A DNA stretch of 38,842 nucleotides from Octopus bimaculoides. Lineage: Eukaryota. Under the pieces are notes generated by a model. It had not been told where the DNA came from. It saw nothing but the letters and a program-made list of their open reading frames with translations, and did no database searches. Within the stretch, counting starts at the first letter, position 1, and every line of letters starts with the position of its first letter. Below are positions 11,945 to 25,630 of this stretch, piece by piece. Both the position numbers and the translations under genes were made by a program. The stretch is from positions 109,198,886-109,237,727 of the forward strand of contig NC_068985.1 in NCBI RefSeq assembly GCF_001194135.2, in the 5' to 3' direction.

Positions 11945-12429
11945 TCAGTTTTGATGACGCCATCCTTCTTCGTGTGTTTCAACTGTGGCTCCGCGGCATT
12001 ATTTACATACCACTCTAGGCTGTTTTCCTGTGCTTCGATACAGTCCTGGCAACTGATGAAAACTTTCTCACTATTTCTTTTGTACAAGTACAGCCTAGTG
12101 GTGTCAATCTTAGGGTGGAAGGCTCCGCGTACTATCAACATTTTTCTGGTCTTGGTAGTCATGCTGTATATTTTTCTCTTTTGCCATTTTGTAATTGCTT
12201 CTCCATACCGAAGTGATGCTATCGCCCACGATTTTATTCCATCCAGTTAATTTTGACCGCAGCATCAACCTCAGTCTTCGGAAATACTCCATCCATAGTT
12301 GCTCTTTCATTTCCTTGTCCATTATCTCGTTGCAATCTAGTACACCTAGGTATGTGTATCCTTCCGTTTCAATTTGCTTAATCAACACTCTATTCGATAA
12401 TTCTACCCCTGTTTGAGACTATACCTTGC
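11945..12429 (-). mobile_element. R4/Dong-type LINE fragment 2 (post-RT region), divergent from fragment 1
   Basis: Reads LIKQIETEGYTYLGVLDCNEIMDKEMKEQLWMEYFRRLRLMLRSKLTGWNK..SLRYG..TKTRKMLIVRGAFHPKIDTTRLYL..ISCQDCIEAQENSL. Confidence 0.85.
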
Positions 12430-12955
12430 CACTTTTTGGTTAAATTACTCCGCACTTACTCCGTATCTAAGTAATGATACTGCCCAAGTTTTTACAGCCT
12501 TCACTAGATTCGGCCATTTAGCTTTGACTTCATTAGTTTCCTCACACTTCTGATATACCTCCTTCTCAATTTTCGTTTTCAATTCTGTAGTTAGTACCCT
12601 GTCAGATTCTGATACTCCTAGATACTTATAACTCTCTCCTTCTTTCAATGATTTTAATGTCTGACTAACAGGAAATCGGATGCCTTCATTGTAGACTACC
12701 TGTCCCCCTTTCATGACAAATATTGCACACTTATCTTTGCCATATTCCATGCCTATATCTTTGCTGAGTAATCTTACCGTCTGTATTAAGGAATCTAACT
12801 CTTTTTCATTCTTACTAAAAAGCTTCAGATCATCCATGTACAACAAATGGTTAATTTCCCTTTTCTATTTCCGAACCGACACCCTGCCTTTGCGTTCGGG
12901 GATAATGAGTCCCCTGGAGAATTCCTCTTTTGATATTAACATTCCCTAACAGTGT
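12430..12955 (-). mobile_element. R4/Dong-type LINE fragment 1 (RT domain C-terminal part)
   Basis: Reads NVNIKRGILQGDSLSP..HLLYMDDLKLFSKNEKELDSLIQTVRLLSKDIGMEYGKDKCA..GESYKYLGV..VKAVKTWAVSLLRYG: QGD and YMDD RT motifs with R4-type YKYLG/TWAV. Confidence 0.9.
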
Positions 12956-12962
12956 TTTCGAC

Positions 12963-13511
12963 AAAATCCATTGGCCCCGGATTGGGCTTAACACTGTGGT
13001 CTAGCTAAATTAACAGAGCTGACAAGCCAACAGTACGAAGGAATAAAATGTAAAAGTTGTAATTTATATTACGATTTTCCTTAGACATCCAACTGTTTAG
13101 GTAACTTCCAGAATTTCTGAATATTCCAATTCTTATTCCGTGTAACATAAAATCAATCATCTCAATCTGCTTGATTTTGATATTTTAAAGGGATTGACGT
13201 AACTCTTCACAAAGTTAAATAGACAATACGAAGATCACGATGAGATTGCAACAGAAATCATTCTTCATTTTGGACTCGACAAAGACAGGCAAGCTGTCGA
13301 AATATCGTTCAACCAATAAAATATCTATTGCAATCACATCGCGTTCTCCGTATTATCTATTTACCTTTGTGAGGAATTACGTCAATCCTTTTTAACTATC
13401 AAAATCAAATAGACTGAGATGATTGATTTTATGTTACACCGAATAAGAATTGTTACATTAGAAATTCTGGAAGACCTCAGTGTTGAGCTCAATCCTGGGC
13501 CAATGGATTTT
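12963..13511. repeat. Foldback / long inverted repeat
   Basis: Outer arms 12963-12996 / 13478-13511 and inner arms about 13105-13255 / 13324-13473 are imperfect reverse complements. About 108 nt in the left arm is unmatched. Confidence 0.9.
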
Positions 13512-13692
13512 ATATCGTTCACAAAATGAGAAATCGACATTTTTATCCGTTACAAAATTTACTTTTGTAAATTGAAGACTGATGATGTCATTTCCCCAAG
13601 ACAGGCAAGCTGTCAAAATATGGTTCAACCAATAATTTATCTATTGGAATCGTATTTTCGCTCTTCGTATTGTCGATTATTATTATTATTAT

Positions 13693-14156
13693 TATGTTAA
13701 ATTCAAGTTACGACAAACGTAAATAAACAAACGAAGTTTGCTTTTTTCTTTAAAAAAAAAAAAAGCGTTGAGATGTCTATAGAAAGTTAATGAAGTGATT
13801 TTAAATTCTCAATCGCAGAATAATGCTAATAATATAGCCTGAACAGGATAAACTACCCCTATTCTGCAGAAAAAAAAGCAAACTTCGTTTGTTTATTTAC
13901 ATTTGTCGTAACTTGAATTTAACATATGAGAGCGTCTCATAAAGCGAGATTTATATATCTTAATTTGCAGAGGAATTTGTAGTGGGTAAGTTTAGCTTAA
14001 TCGGTCAAAGCATCGTGACGCGTAAATCACGGGGATGTGAGTTCGAGTCCACAGCTAGCCGCCTACACTTTTCTCTGCAACATCGGTGTAGTTTATCCTG
14101 TTCAGGCTATATCATTAGCATTATTCTGCGATTGAGAATTTAAAACCACTTCATTA
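13693..14156. repeat. Two interleaved inverted repeat pairs (a b a' X b')
   Basis: a 13693-13747 / a' 13872-13926 (55 bp, 1 mismatch); b 13788-13856 / b' 14088-14156 (69 bp, 2 mismatches). Confidence 0.92.
13984..14062 (+). pseudogene. tRNA-like sequence (degenerate tRNA pseudogene or SINE head)
   Basis: A-box-like TAGCTTAATCGG, D-stem GCTT/AAGC, perfect anticodon stem CGTGA/TCACG with an 8-nt loop CGCGTAAA, B-box GTTCGAGTCC; the acceptor stem pairs poorly. Confidence 0.6.
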
Positions 14157-14304
14157 TTATGTTGTTTTTTCTTCTTTCTTCAAATTTTCTTCCATTTCTC
14201 ACCGAGTGTTTTCCGTACACCTAGGGCAGAGAAGCTCATTGTATGCATTCCCAGTTTGCACACGCAAATTCACAAGTAAAATATGTATGTAAAAAAATTA
14301 ATGC

Positions 14305-14970
14305 CACTACCACCGCTTCCACCATTACCTCTGCTACCGCTACCACCGTTCCCTTATCACTACAACAACCAACAACCCCCTGTCATGCTTACAGTCATCT
14401 ACCATTACTATTGTTACCACAGCCACTAGTACCTACACAACTACCACTATGCTTCCACCATCAACATCACCGCCACCACCGCCATTACTGTCGGTAATCT
14501 ATCACCACAATTACCACAGCTTGCATCCAGCAAGTAACACCACCACAACTAACGCCATCACTACAAAACCAGTCGTACCATCACTTCCACCAAGACTAAC
14601 ATCACCACCACTAACGATTCATGGGAACTACCAGTGACACTACATTGCAAAACCAGCAGTAACACCGCTACCACAGCTACTACCCCAACACAAACAATAA
14701 TACTGCTTCAGCCACCACGATTGCCACCATCACCACTACAATCACCAGTACCACCAACATCACTACCACCAACAGCAATACCTCAACCATCACCACTATT
14801 ACTACCACCACCACCGCCACCACACTACAGCTACTAGTCCACCAACAACACCAACATAAACACCACGACAACTACCATCGCCACCAGAATTACCAGTAAC
14901 ACCATCAACACTAACACCACCACTAACAGCAGAACCCACCAGCAACAACACTGCCACCACCATCAGCCCT
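14305..14970. repeat. Degenerate (ACC/AAC/ACT)n cryptic simple repeat
   Basis: About 650 nt of A/C-rich decayed triplets; the Pro/Thr-rich ORFs have no non-repetitive content. Confidence 0.85.
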
Positions 14971-15762
14971 GACCCCGCTCCTCTTTATATCTGACATTTC
15001 TCACACTTCCACTCACGATCTCTTATTAACCTGGTAACTCCTAACAATAAAAGTAATTAACATTTAAGAGACTCATCTTCTGCCTGTCCTTGGCACTTTC
15101 TGCTAATTTTAGCAGTTGGTAATTGGCGCTCGTCATTGTCCGGTCAATGATATTATGGTCATCACAATGTAGACACCACAGTACTGCAGTTGATGTACTG
15201 GACATTAGCCACCAAGCAAGCAAAATTTACTGCAATGTAATTACTGGAATATTTACCGTTAGATACAACCAGCAACGTTTACCAGACAATGTGGGAGCGG
15301 CTAAATGAAGGTTTCATTGCAAGAAATAGTGACTGTGTTTAACAAGAAATGCTATTGTCTGAACATGAAGAAGGACAAGTGCGGCAGAAATGATCCGGAG
15401 AAAGCTGCAGAAAACCGAAAAGACGTGATAGTCATAGGTGGAAATTTTATTATTTGACGAGAGGTCTTAGTGCAAGGCAGATATGTATCTGGTCAAATAT
15501 TAAAATAAATATCGCTTCCTTCTCAGCCTATGTGCAAGCAAGTTCGTGTGTATATGTATGTATCATTTAATTGTATAAATATGCATATGTCTATACGTGT
15601 ATATATGCATATATATGTATGTATATGTATGTATATGTATGAATAAATATACATAGACTTGCATGTTTATATATACATATAACATATATGTATGTGTATG
15701 TATATTTGAAGGAATAAGTATGTATCTAAACATGTATTTATATATGTGTGTGTGCGTGTGTA

Positions 15763-15805
<43 letters not shown>

Positions 15806-15850
15806 GCATATACATATATATATATAATTATATGTATATACACACACCCC

Positions 15851-15889
<39 letters not shown>

Positions 15890-16664
15890 TGTATACGTAT
15901 ATTTATACACCCCCCACACACATATAATATAGCACAGCATTTAAATTGATATGATTGCATTGTTCAATTAAATGGAGTCGCTTGAAACGGTCGTACTGCA
16001 TCACTTCTTGATATGTTGTTGCTTATTTTGATTTTATTCACCTTACTTCGAGCTTAGCGGATAATACGGGACTGACTTGGCGCCTCTACTAAGTTTTTCA
16101 GCTGAATGATGTGTTGCAACAGCAACGTGAACCGTAGTGCCTTACTTAGGAAAGCATCGCGTTGTAAGCACCTGTAATCGAACTCATAAATTTACGATCA
16201 TAATCTCCACACAATAGCTGTGGATCATGTGCCTTCATTCACGCACATACTTTCTCACACATACGCACACACACATACACACACATATGTATGTATATCT
16301 GTATGTGTTCATATTTGTTTTGTTTATCCATCATTTTTTTCTCTTTTTTTTCTTCGCTGTCTGTATTACGGAAAAAAAAACTATCGAGTCATATACAAAA
16401 CATAAAACCCCGAAATGTAAGATATAGATTTCGGTAATTTCAGAACCATTTTCAGAAAAACTAATCACATATTTATTTAGATAGATAAATATCTCATTTC
16501 AAAAGATGTATTTAATATATCTAAGTATATAAATACGTGACAGCTGTTGTAATCAAACAATGATTAGCAATCATACTTGTGTTTGCAACATATATGTTCA
16601 ATGATATACATATATATATGATTTATGTTTGAATGATGTGCACTACCACAGGTCTTGCAATATA

Positions 16665-16915
16665 CAGCGTGTCCCGAAAGTCACTGATGGGTTGAACTTT
16701 TTAATAACTTCCTTAACTCTACAAATAAACGCATGCAATTTTGATACAATATAAAAGATATAATGCAAATCAGTATGCACTTGTGTTAAATTTTGAAACA
16801 CCACTACATCACATATAAAAAAATGCCATTGTTTAAATGGCAGCTATTTTCGGCTTGGCACGTCCGTGCCATTTCCAAAACTTGCACCATCACACCCTCG
16901 AGAGTTTCAGACCCC
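16665..16915 (-). mobile_element. Tc1/mariner-like transposon 3' end remnant
   Basis: TA followed by CAGCGTGTCCCGAAAGTC resembles TA|CAGGGTGTCC termini. The minus strand reads ETLEGVMVQVLEMARTCQAENSCHLNNGIF, like the C-terminal ..C..ENGGHL..IF of Tc1/mariner transposases. Confidence 0.5.
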
Positions 16916-17465
16916 AACTTCTCTGATTTCTCAATTGATGTTCTCTTTCAGTTGCAACAGGCTCTTTGGTTTCCTGACGTATATATATATATATATATAT
17001 NNNNNNNNNNNNNNNNNNNNNNNNNNNNNNNNNNNNNNNNNNNNNNNNNNNNNNNNNNNNNNNNNNNNNNNNNNNNNNNNNNNNNNNNNNNNNNNNNNNN
17101 NNNNNNNNNNNNNNNNNNNNNNNNNNNNNNNNNNNNNNNNNNNNNNNNNNNNNNNNNNNNNNNNNNNNNNNNNNNNNNNNNNNNNNNNNNNNNNNNNNNN
17201 NNNNNNNNNNNNNNNNNNNNNNNNNNNNNNNNNNNNNNNNNNNNNNNNNNNNNNNNNNNNNNNNNNNNNNNNNNNNNNNNNNNNNNNNNNNNNNNNNNNN
17301 NNNNNNNNNNNNNNNNNNNNNNNNNNNNNNNNNNNNNNNNNNNNNNNNNNNNNNNNNNNNNNNNNNNNNNNNNNNNNNNNNNNNNNNNNNNNNNNNNNNN
17401 NNNNNNNNNNNNNNNNNNNNNNNNNNNNNNNNNNNNNNNNNNNNNNNNNNNNNNNNNNNNNNNNN

Positions 17466-17540
<75 letters not shown>

Positions 17541-20280
17541 GTGTGTGTGTATCTATGTATATATGTAAATATGTATATGTATATTAATCCCAAGTCACTC
17601 TTTAACAATCCATTCAGTAAATGATATTAGGAATATATATTTGTCATGCTTATTTGTGAAACTTTGTCTTGGGTCCTCGTTATTTTGAGTGGTCCATCAT
17701 TCTTGTGAAGTCGAAACTCTTTGTGGAGTCATGGTTTATAGAGATTACTGATATTGATATTAGTTGATTTACTTCATGGATTGGTTTTAATAACGCTTAA
17801 ATAATGGTATCCAATTCTGTGGCATATATATATATATATATATATTATAAATTTATAATTATAAATATATAGGGATTGACAGTAACCTGCTTCTCCAACA
17901 TACTGAGAATTCAGAAATAGCAGTCAAGGAACTACTGATGATTTATTACTAATTATTACTAATTTATTACTAATTGATGATTCCCTGCCCTGCATATCTA
18001 TATATATATATATAAATGATTAAAAATTGTTTAAGCTGTGACTCCTGAATTTTATATTTATTTCCTCAATTAGATTATCCAGTAGCGCATTTATCAAGAC
18101 AGGAGTATGAGACGAGTGTGAATTGTAACAGTTTGATTGACAACTGCTTTGAGATAATTTCATTGGTGTGCTCTATATAAGGACCAGTGTGGTTGTTAAC
18201 ATTCTTGTTACCTAATCCCCAGTCCAGTTTCATTCAGCAGCCTTCTGATCAAATCAAGTTTAGTAACGAATACTTACAAGATTTTATCAAGCAGTCTTAT
18301 GCCTATATATATTTCATGCGCAGAATTCCAAATTATCCTTAGACATAATCTATTTCTCTCAATGCTATACTGAACTGCGGAATATATAGAGAGATATAAA
18401 CAACGCGTCTTTAACTACAATATCTTCCAGATTATCAGACGAGTTTTAATCTGTAATGCAATTTTAGATGTAACCCAATATTCACTTTGTCTATCCACGG
18501 AGATATTTCCTATAAACTCTATTACATTGGGTATCATGAGCATTCTCGACAAATAGATGAAATAAGAAACTAATGGTGTGTTAAAAGCATTTCTTCAACT
18601 ACTACAGAAAATATATGTATATTTTAAACAACATTATATATAACAGACAGACAGAAAGCAAAAATTATGATTTATATGGAAAATATTCAAAGACAGAAAA
18701 GAAAGGGATAAACAGAACCAGCTTCGATCTAGGGCTGGGATTTTCTTAGCAACTGAATACAATTGCAGCTATGTAACAAAACACCGTTAAAGCATCCGAA
18801 TTTGATTAACACAACTCCCTGTAAAGAATGTATTATATTACCAAATTGTTCTATCCCTCAAAGACTGTGGCTTTATAAGCAGGTCAGGCCAGGCACCTCG
18901 GCTTAGATGAAATCCAGTAGCGTACTCAAGTCAGCCCCAAGAAAGCACACACCCTAGCTACGCCACTAAATGCATACCCAGAATACCTAAAACAACAAAT
19001 ATTCATAGACACAAGTCATGGTTATTTCAAATTTGTAATACCATAAAATGGACAGTTAGAGGAGGATAGAATGTTGGCTTGTATCAATACACATCAAAAA
19101 TGTCAACTCAGCGATATATTATCGATATTGGCTGATTTATACTGCAAATCAACAATAATTACAAAAGCATGACCGCTTACTGTGACTGAATATACAATCA
19201 AGCGGGACCTGTATCCGTGATATATAATCTGTGGATGGTGGGTTGGTAGTATGGGAGCAAAGCCTTATTTAAGAGTGATGTTTAATATTCCAAAATACTT
19301 AAGGTTTACATAATTTGAAAATATGAGTGGATATCACTGCTACAAGTGGTATATAAATGAATTAGATAAATATATGATTTATGAGTTTATTTATTAGCAT
19401 CAGCATATGCAATATAAATTTATTTTTTTCTTTATATTGTTAAATATTCTAAAATTATATCGGATTTTATATTTCCTACCTCCTTGTCCTTGAATATAAG
19501 CACTAAGTACATTTTCAACTTTTCTGCTGAATTTCTCCTTTCAACATTCAAATCTGTATTCATTTTCTCCTTCCAAGGTTCTAAAACAAGTACATTTATA
19601 TCAGATTTCTTCTTCCATCTCAGTTTCGTGTGTGCAGTCTTCGTCATAATCTTTCTCGTATGCACGTTACTACTCTAAATTTTGTTTTTAAAAAAAAATG
19701 GTTATTTTCGAAATCTAGTCCATGCGAGTCACGAATTTTCTCGTATTCTTGTTGTCATTTGTAGGCATTCTCTGTAGTTTCATCTCCGATATCAGGAAAA
19801 AATATTTCTTTAATAATAAATTATATATGTTGTTTCAAACACCTGTCATATTGCCCCCTTTTTTTTTTTACCTGAAGCTATGCAACATCTCAATTTTCCG
19901 ATGTTTCAGTTATGTTAAAGTTTTTCTAGATGCCTGAAAATTTAATGGTATTCTTTTCCATTCCCATAAATTTCTATTCTTGTACTGGTGATATTCACTC
20001 GTATTTGAAAATAATGTAAACATCTGATCAACATGGCTTCGAATACCTTGGTTCCCAACTAACACTTTTCGGAAATGGGTACAAAATACCATCACAACAA
20101 TAAGGATATATGTACGCAGTCCGCAGACAAAACAGAGAAAAACTTATAAAAGATCACGCGTCTAAAACAATGAATCAGATCTATACACTGGGACTCAACA
20201 AACACAAAAATAGGAGACGAGACTAAAGGAGAAACTATACTGCATTATTTTTCATTCCTTTCAGTCACAGTACGCTGGGC

Positions 20281-20586
20281 GGAGGCACATGGCTAGAGCA
20301 TCGGACTCGCGGTCGAGAGATCACGGGTTCGAATCTCAGACCGGGCAGTGTGTGTGTTTATGAGCGAAACACCTAAGCTCCACACGGCTCCGGTAGATGT
20401 TAATGGCGAACTTCTGCTGACTCGTTTGCCACAACCTTTTCTCACTCTTTCCTCCTGCATCTTGCAGCTCAACTGGTAGATGGAAGTCCCGTCCAGGTGG
20501 GGAACCTATACACCAATCAAACCGGGAAACCGGCCCTTATGAGCCAAGCATGGCTCAAGAAGGAACAAACAACAACACCAACAACG
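20281..20586 (+). mobile_element. tRNA-headed SINE family C
   Basis: GGAGGCACATGGCTAGAGCATCGGACTCGCGGTCGAGAGATCACGGGTTCGAATCTCAG (B-box GGTTCGAATC), GC-rich body, (AAC)n tail. Confidence 0.75.
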
Positions 20587-21280
20587 CTGGTAGAATTCCA
20601 AGAGTGTAAATACGATGCACGTTGTTGTATTTCAGCTTTCTATATTATAAGTTTCTATTCCGTTTATGCCTGCCTTACGTTGTGTTATAATGTTACAGTA
20701 AGAAAGCGGGGTATTGGAATCGTTATAGTCAACTATAACACATTCCTAATAAAACTGCGTCCTTGTTCCATATAAGGAATTAGTATCTTAATCATTTATG
20801 TCATTTCTTATACATAATCCACAGTATATGGATTTCGGAGATAAACTTCAAATTAAGAAGAAAAAATAAAAACGATGAATTCTGGAACCGCAATATTCGA
20901 ATCAGCAGTAGTCGAAATATTCCTATAATGTGTCTGGAAATAGAGGAGTGGTCACATTTAAATCAACATTGATCACCTTACATATTGACTATCAAGTCTG
21001 GCGTGTAGTCAAACAACAAATATAATATCAGATACAAAATATTAAAAGAAGGTTAAACGACAGTATCGATATGAATAAGTTCAATACGCAATCTATAATA
21101 TCGATGTCGATCACAGAAAGACATTTTAATGTTTCGTATTAGCAAATATGTTTACATGTAGACACGAAGTAAAGTCGAGGTCAGACACGAAACACAGGAT
21201 ATTAGAGACTGATACCATTATATACTTAACCAACTAATACAGGCCGCTATATACGTTATTGTTACACATTTTATCGTGTC

Positions 21281-21671
21281 TTTTACTTCTTTCAGCCACA
21301 AGATTGCGGCTGAGCTTTGGTATTGCCTTGGAGTGTTTAGTCAAACAAATCGACCTCATTCACATTTTATTATATGTCTGGTATTTATTCTATAATCCTC
21401 TTTTGTCGAGCCACTACGTTATGAGTATATAAACAAACGAACATTATTTGTCAAGCGGTGGGGATAGACAAATACATAAACAAAGCGCGCGCGTACACAT
21501 TTAATTGCGACGAGCTTCCACTCAGTACCGTCTGCCAAATTTACTTACAAGGTACTGATCACCCCTTGGCTGTAATAAAAAAAAAAAACATTTCCCTAAG
21601 GTACGGCATAGTGGGGTTTAACCCAAAACGAAATGTATGTAAACCAGCTCCTTTACCACACAACCATGCCT
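21281..21671 (-). mobile_element. Composite SINE family A, diverged copy
   Basis: Head 21505-21671, short internal repeat, tail 21281-21475 with recognisable ttgtcaagcg..gggg and caaatcgac motifs. Confidence 0.7.
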
Positions 21672-22439
21672 TTGCTTATGATGTAAACTTCAAGTCATCT
21701 GGAGGTTTGTTAAATAAATTTAAACAGAAGAATCCTGATTCGATACCTAATACGTATTCATCATTGGATTATGGTGTTGTGTGTGTGTGTGTGTGTGTGC
21801 GAGAGAGAGAGAGAGAGAGAGAGACAGAGCGGTTGTGGTGGTTTGCGTGTATATATGTGTGCGTTTATGGATATTTGTCTATGTGTTGTGTGTCTATATG
21901 ATAAAAGAAATATTATGGAGAAGACTGTCAGATGCATTTTAAATATCTGAAGGACTTTCACACACACACCACAGATGCGATGAATTGAGTAGTCCAGTTT
22001 AAGAAGATGGAAGCCTGTGGCGAGAAAGCTGGGAGCGTTTGAGTCCAGGTAAGTGAAAGCCAGAAAAGGGAGGAACAAGCAAGGGGTCTACCCTGGTGGT
22101 CGGATGCCTGTCCTTCAGAGCAGCCATTACAAATCGTATTATATTTTGATATTTAATCGCTAAATAGCAGCTACTACACCCCTTATGTTTGTCTGTCCTT
22201 GTTAGTCTCCTCTTTGTAATGCCTTCATGGCAAATCGTTTTGAAATAAAGTAGTCCAGTTTCTCCCGCAACTAGAATACACATAATATACAGTATCCATT
22301 AGAATGTTTATCAGAATTTAAATAATAAATATTGGGAGCATCACTTGATACTTGCTAACAATGAAATTTGATGAAGTGTGTGTTAATAATAATATAAAGC
22401 GAGAGGTGACAGTAACCAAAGTTTCAATCAAGGCAAAGC

Positions 22440-23082
<643 letters not shown>

Positions 23083-24275
23083 ATTCTATTCAATCTGATG
23101 AAAACACTTGGATAATTATTCATTCCGTGTATTTCTACGATAATAAGAATTGGTTGAATTTTCGTGTTCAGAAACTATCTGCCAATAGGTATTCAAACCT
23201 CTTGATCTTTCCCTGAAACTTTGGAGCGTAATCTTGACAGCTAGAAGATGGCTGCACAATTAGATAACTGCCCGGGAAACGGAACAAAACACAGGCAGCG
23301 ACACAATGAGATAAGAAGCGAAATCTTCTGCATGGAAGTCATTAACGCCTGTCCTAAGGTAATATTTAATAATTTACCAGTTTAATTGGTATACTAAAAA
23401 AACTTGGTAGGAAATTTTCTCAATAAAACACTTTGAGCTTATCACAGAATGTGTGCTGAGCCGTCAATATTTTCGTAGTTCGTATCCTGATAGTGGCAAT
23501 AATCTATGGCGCAATGAACCAGTCACTTCGCTTTGGTCTGTTTAGATTGAACATGTTCTGGATTATAGTCGGGGGAAATCTACTTTGTTCGGCGAAGAGG
23601 ATTGATTATCCGATAGAATGAATTACCTGCCCTGGAGTTAACGTCTAAGTGACTAGCTATTCTGTAGAGAAATGTACAATTAATGAGATTCTCAGGTCGA
23701 CTCAGCGTGAGGTGGAAAAAAGTTGGCCCCTTTTGGTTGTGAAGCGAACTTCTAAGTTATTTTGCTTATTGAGAGGATATAGCGAACTACTAAATGTAGT
23801 CTCGAATGCAAGCTTGTATTTTACCCAAAGCTACATCGCTCCAGATATTTTAGGCCGTTGACGTATGCATCTGATGCATCTTTTGTATTATTTAGCATAT
23901 AATTCAAGTGATTTGTTCTGCTGATATTATATCAAGCATAGATAGAAGTTTGTAGCAAAGAAGAATTTCTTCCAATCAATCCATCATGCTTATTCGGAAA
24001 ATACTGTATTTTCCGATACATAAGAGGCATTTTCGCACGAAACAAATGTGATTTTCTAGTAGAAGGGAATCTTTGCAGATGAATACATCTTTGGAAAAAA
24101 AACCCAGTTACTATACTAAACTTTGATGTGTTTGAGCAGCCTTCACCTTCAGTATATCTTACATATCTCATTGTACAAACCTACATGTAGATTTACAAAG
24201 ATCCAATACAGTGTGACGTGTTATCAAGTGTGTGATGTTAAAAATCGTAACATATAACATGTATTTCTTTAATAA

Positions 24276-24490
24276 GGCGGCGAACTGACGAATCGTTTGA
24301 GAATTGGACAAAATACTTCGTAGCATTTCTTCCCGCTTTCACGTTCAGAGTTCAACTCTGGCCAATGCCATCGTTACTTTTCATCCCTTTGAGGGTCGAT
24401 ATCATAAAGTGCCAGCCAAGTTCTGGCGTCGATAGCATTGGCAAATCCCTTTCCCTAACGATTTATACTCTTCTGTAAATTAGAAACGAA
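24276..24490 (+). mobile_element. SINE family B copy (diverged)
   Basis: GGCGGCGAACTGACGAATCG..GAGTTCAAC..TTTCATCCCTTTGAGGGTCGATA. Confidence 0.75.
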
Positions 24491-25169
24491 TAAATTCCTT
24501 CTTTAAATACGAGAAGGGATTTTTTCCCCGATACTTTAGAAGCAATAATATTAATGATATCGTATCAGCAATCCTTGTCAAATTTCCACAAATCTTGCTT
24601 GCGAACATAACTAAATAAAAACAACCTGCTGAATTAATACTGACAACTCCAAACGTATAGTCCTTTTTAGCATAAGAGATCTGTCATTTAAAGCTGTTTG
24701 ATATTTATTTTTGTCATTTGTAGCTGTAAATTTAACATACACATAGTAAGGTAATTAATGAAAAACTATTTTTCCAGTAATGATTTTAAAATATTATTTA
24801 ACCGTAAATCCTTTTAGTTATTACCACATCTAAATTATATATTATATTTATGGAAATATTGTATTTTCACACCTAAATGTTTAATCTAAATTTATGAATA
24901 CCGTTCCGTTTATATAGATATACACGTTTTAGTAATTATTTTTTCGAATAAATTTTCACGAGCATTACATAAAAGGCATGTACATAGGTAGGAAGGTACT
25001 TTAGTATATAGAATTTTCTTACCACATTCATATTTCTATTCTTTAATGCTCCATGTATATTTAATACTTGGACTGACAGAATCAATAGATATAAATTATC
25101 TGTCAATAATTAATATTATTGTCGTGAAAGCATCCAACGAAACCTGCGGTATTTTATAATATATTGATT

Positions 25170-25368
25170 TCGAGTTTTAGTAGAAGGCCACCAATTTTGT
25201 GGGTGGGGGGAATAAGTCGATTACATCGACCGGAGTGGATAACTAGTACATATTTCATCGAGTACAAAAGGTAAGCTCAACCTCAGCGGAATTTGAACTC
25301 AGAACGTAAGGACCGACGAAATACCACTAAACATTTTATCCGGCGTGCTAATAATACATTAACATTTG
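25170..25368 (-). mobile_element. SINE family B copy
   Basis: agtcgattacatcgacc..cggaatttgaactcagaacgtaa..atccggcgtgctaa is the reverse complement of the family B consensus. Confidence 0.8.
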
Positions 25369-25630
25369 GATCCTTCTGTGGAGTGGTGGGGGCGGATTAT
25401 GCAGTGTACACGTCAAGTACTGAGATCAATTATTTACCGACGGTACTTTCATGGAAATTCTGTGGTCTTGTGTCAACAAGATCAGGAGTCTTATGAATGA
25501 TGCACTTGAATTATTTAGTATTTCAGAGGATAACTGGTTTAAGAAATAAGACTGATAGAGCTCACAGAAGAAATATAGAATGAACACAACCTGTTGATTA
25601 ACTCACTGATCTCATCTCAAATGTATTTAA

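Noticed and set aside
13984-14062. Functional tRNA gene
   Set aside because: The anticodon loop is 8 nt and the acceptor and T stems are poorly paired; kept only as a tRNA-like pseudogene.
14243-14970. Pro/Thr-rich mucin- or extensin-like ORFs
   Set aside because: Decayed ACC/AAC repeat with stops in all frames and no exon boundaries.
18915-18968. Tiny element with CAGTAGCGTA..TACGCCACTA imperfect terminal inverted repeats
   Set aside because: Only 8/10 match over about 54 nt, too weak to call.
23932-24171. 79-aa non-repetitive ORF (also 19432-19665 and 23649-23861)
   Set aside because: No recognisable motif, splice context or family similarity; could be decayed TE sequence but cannot be supported.
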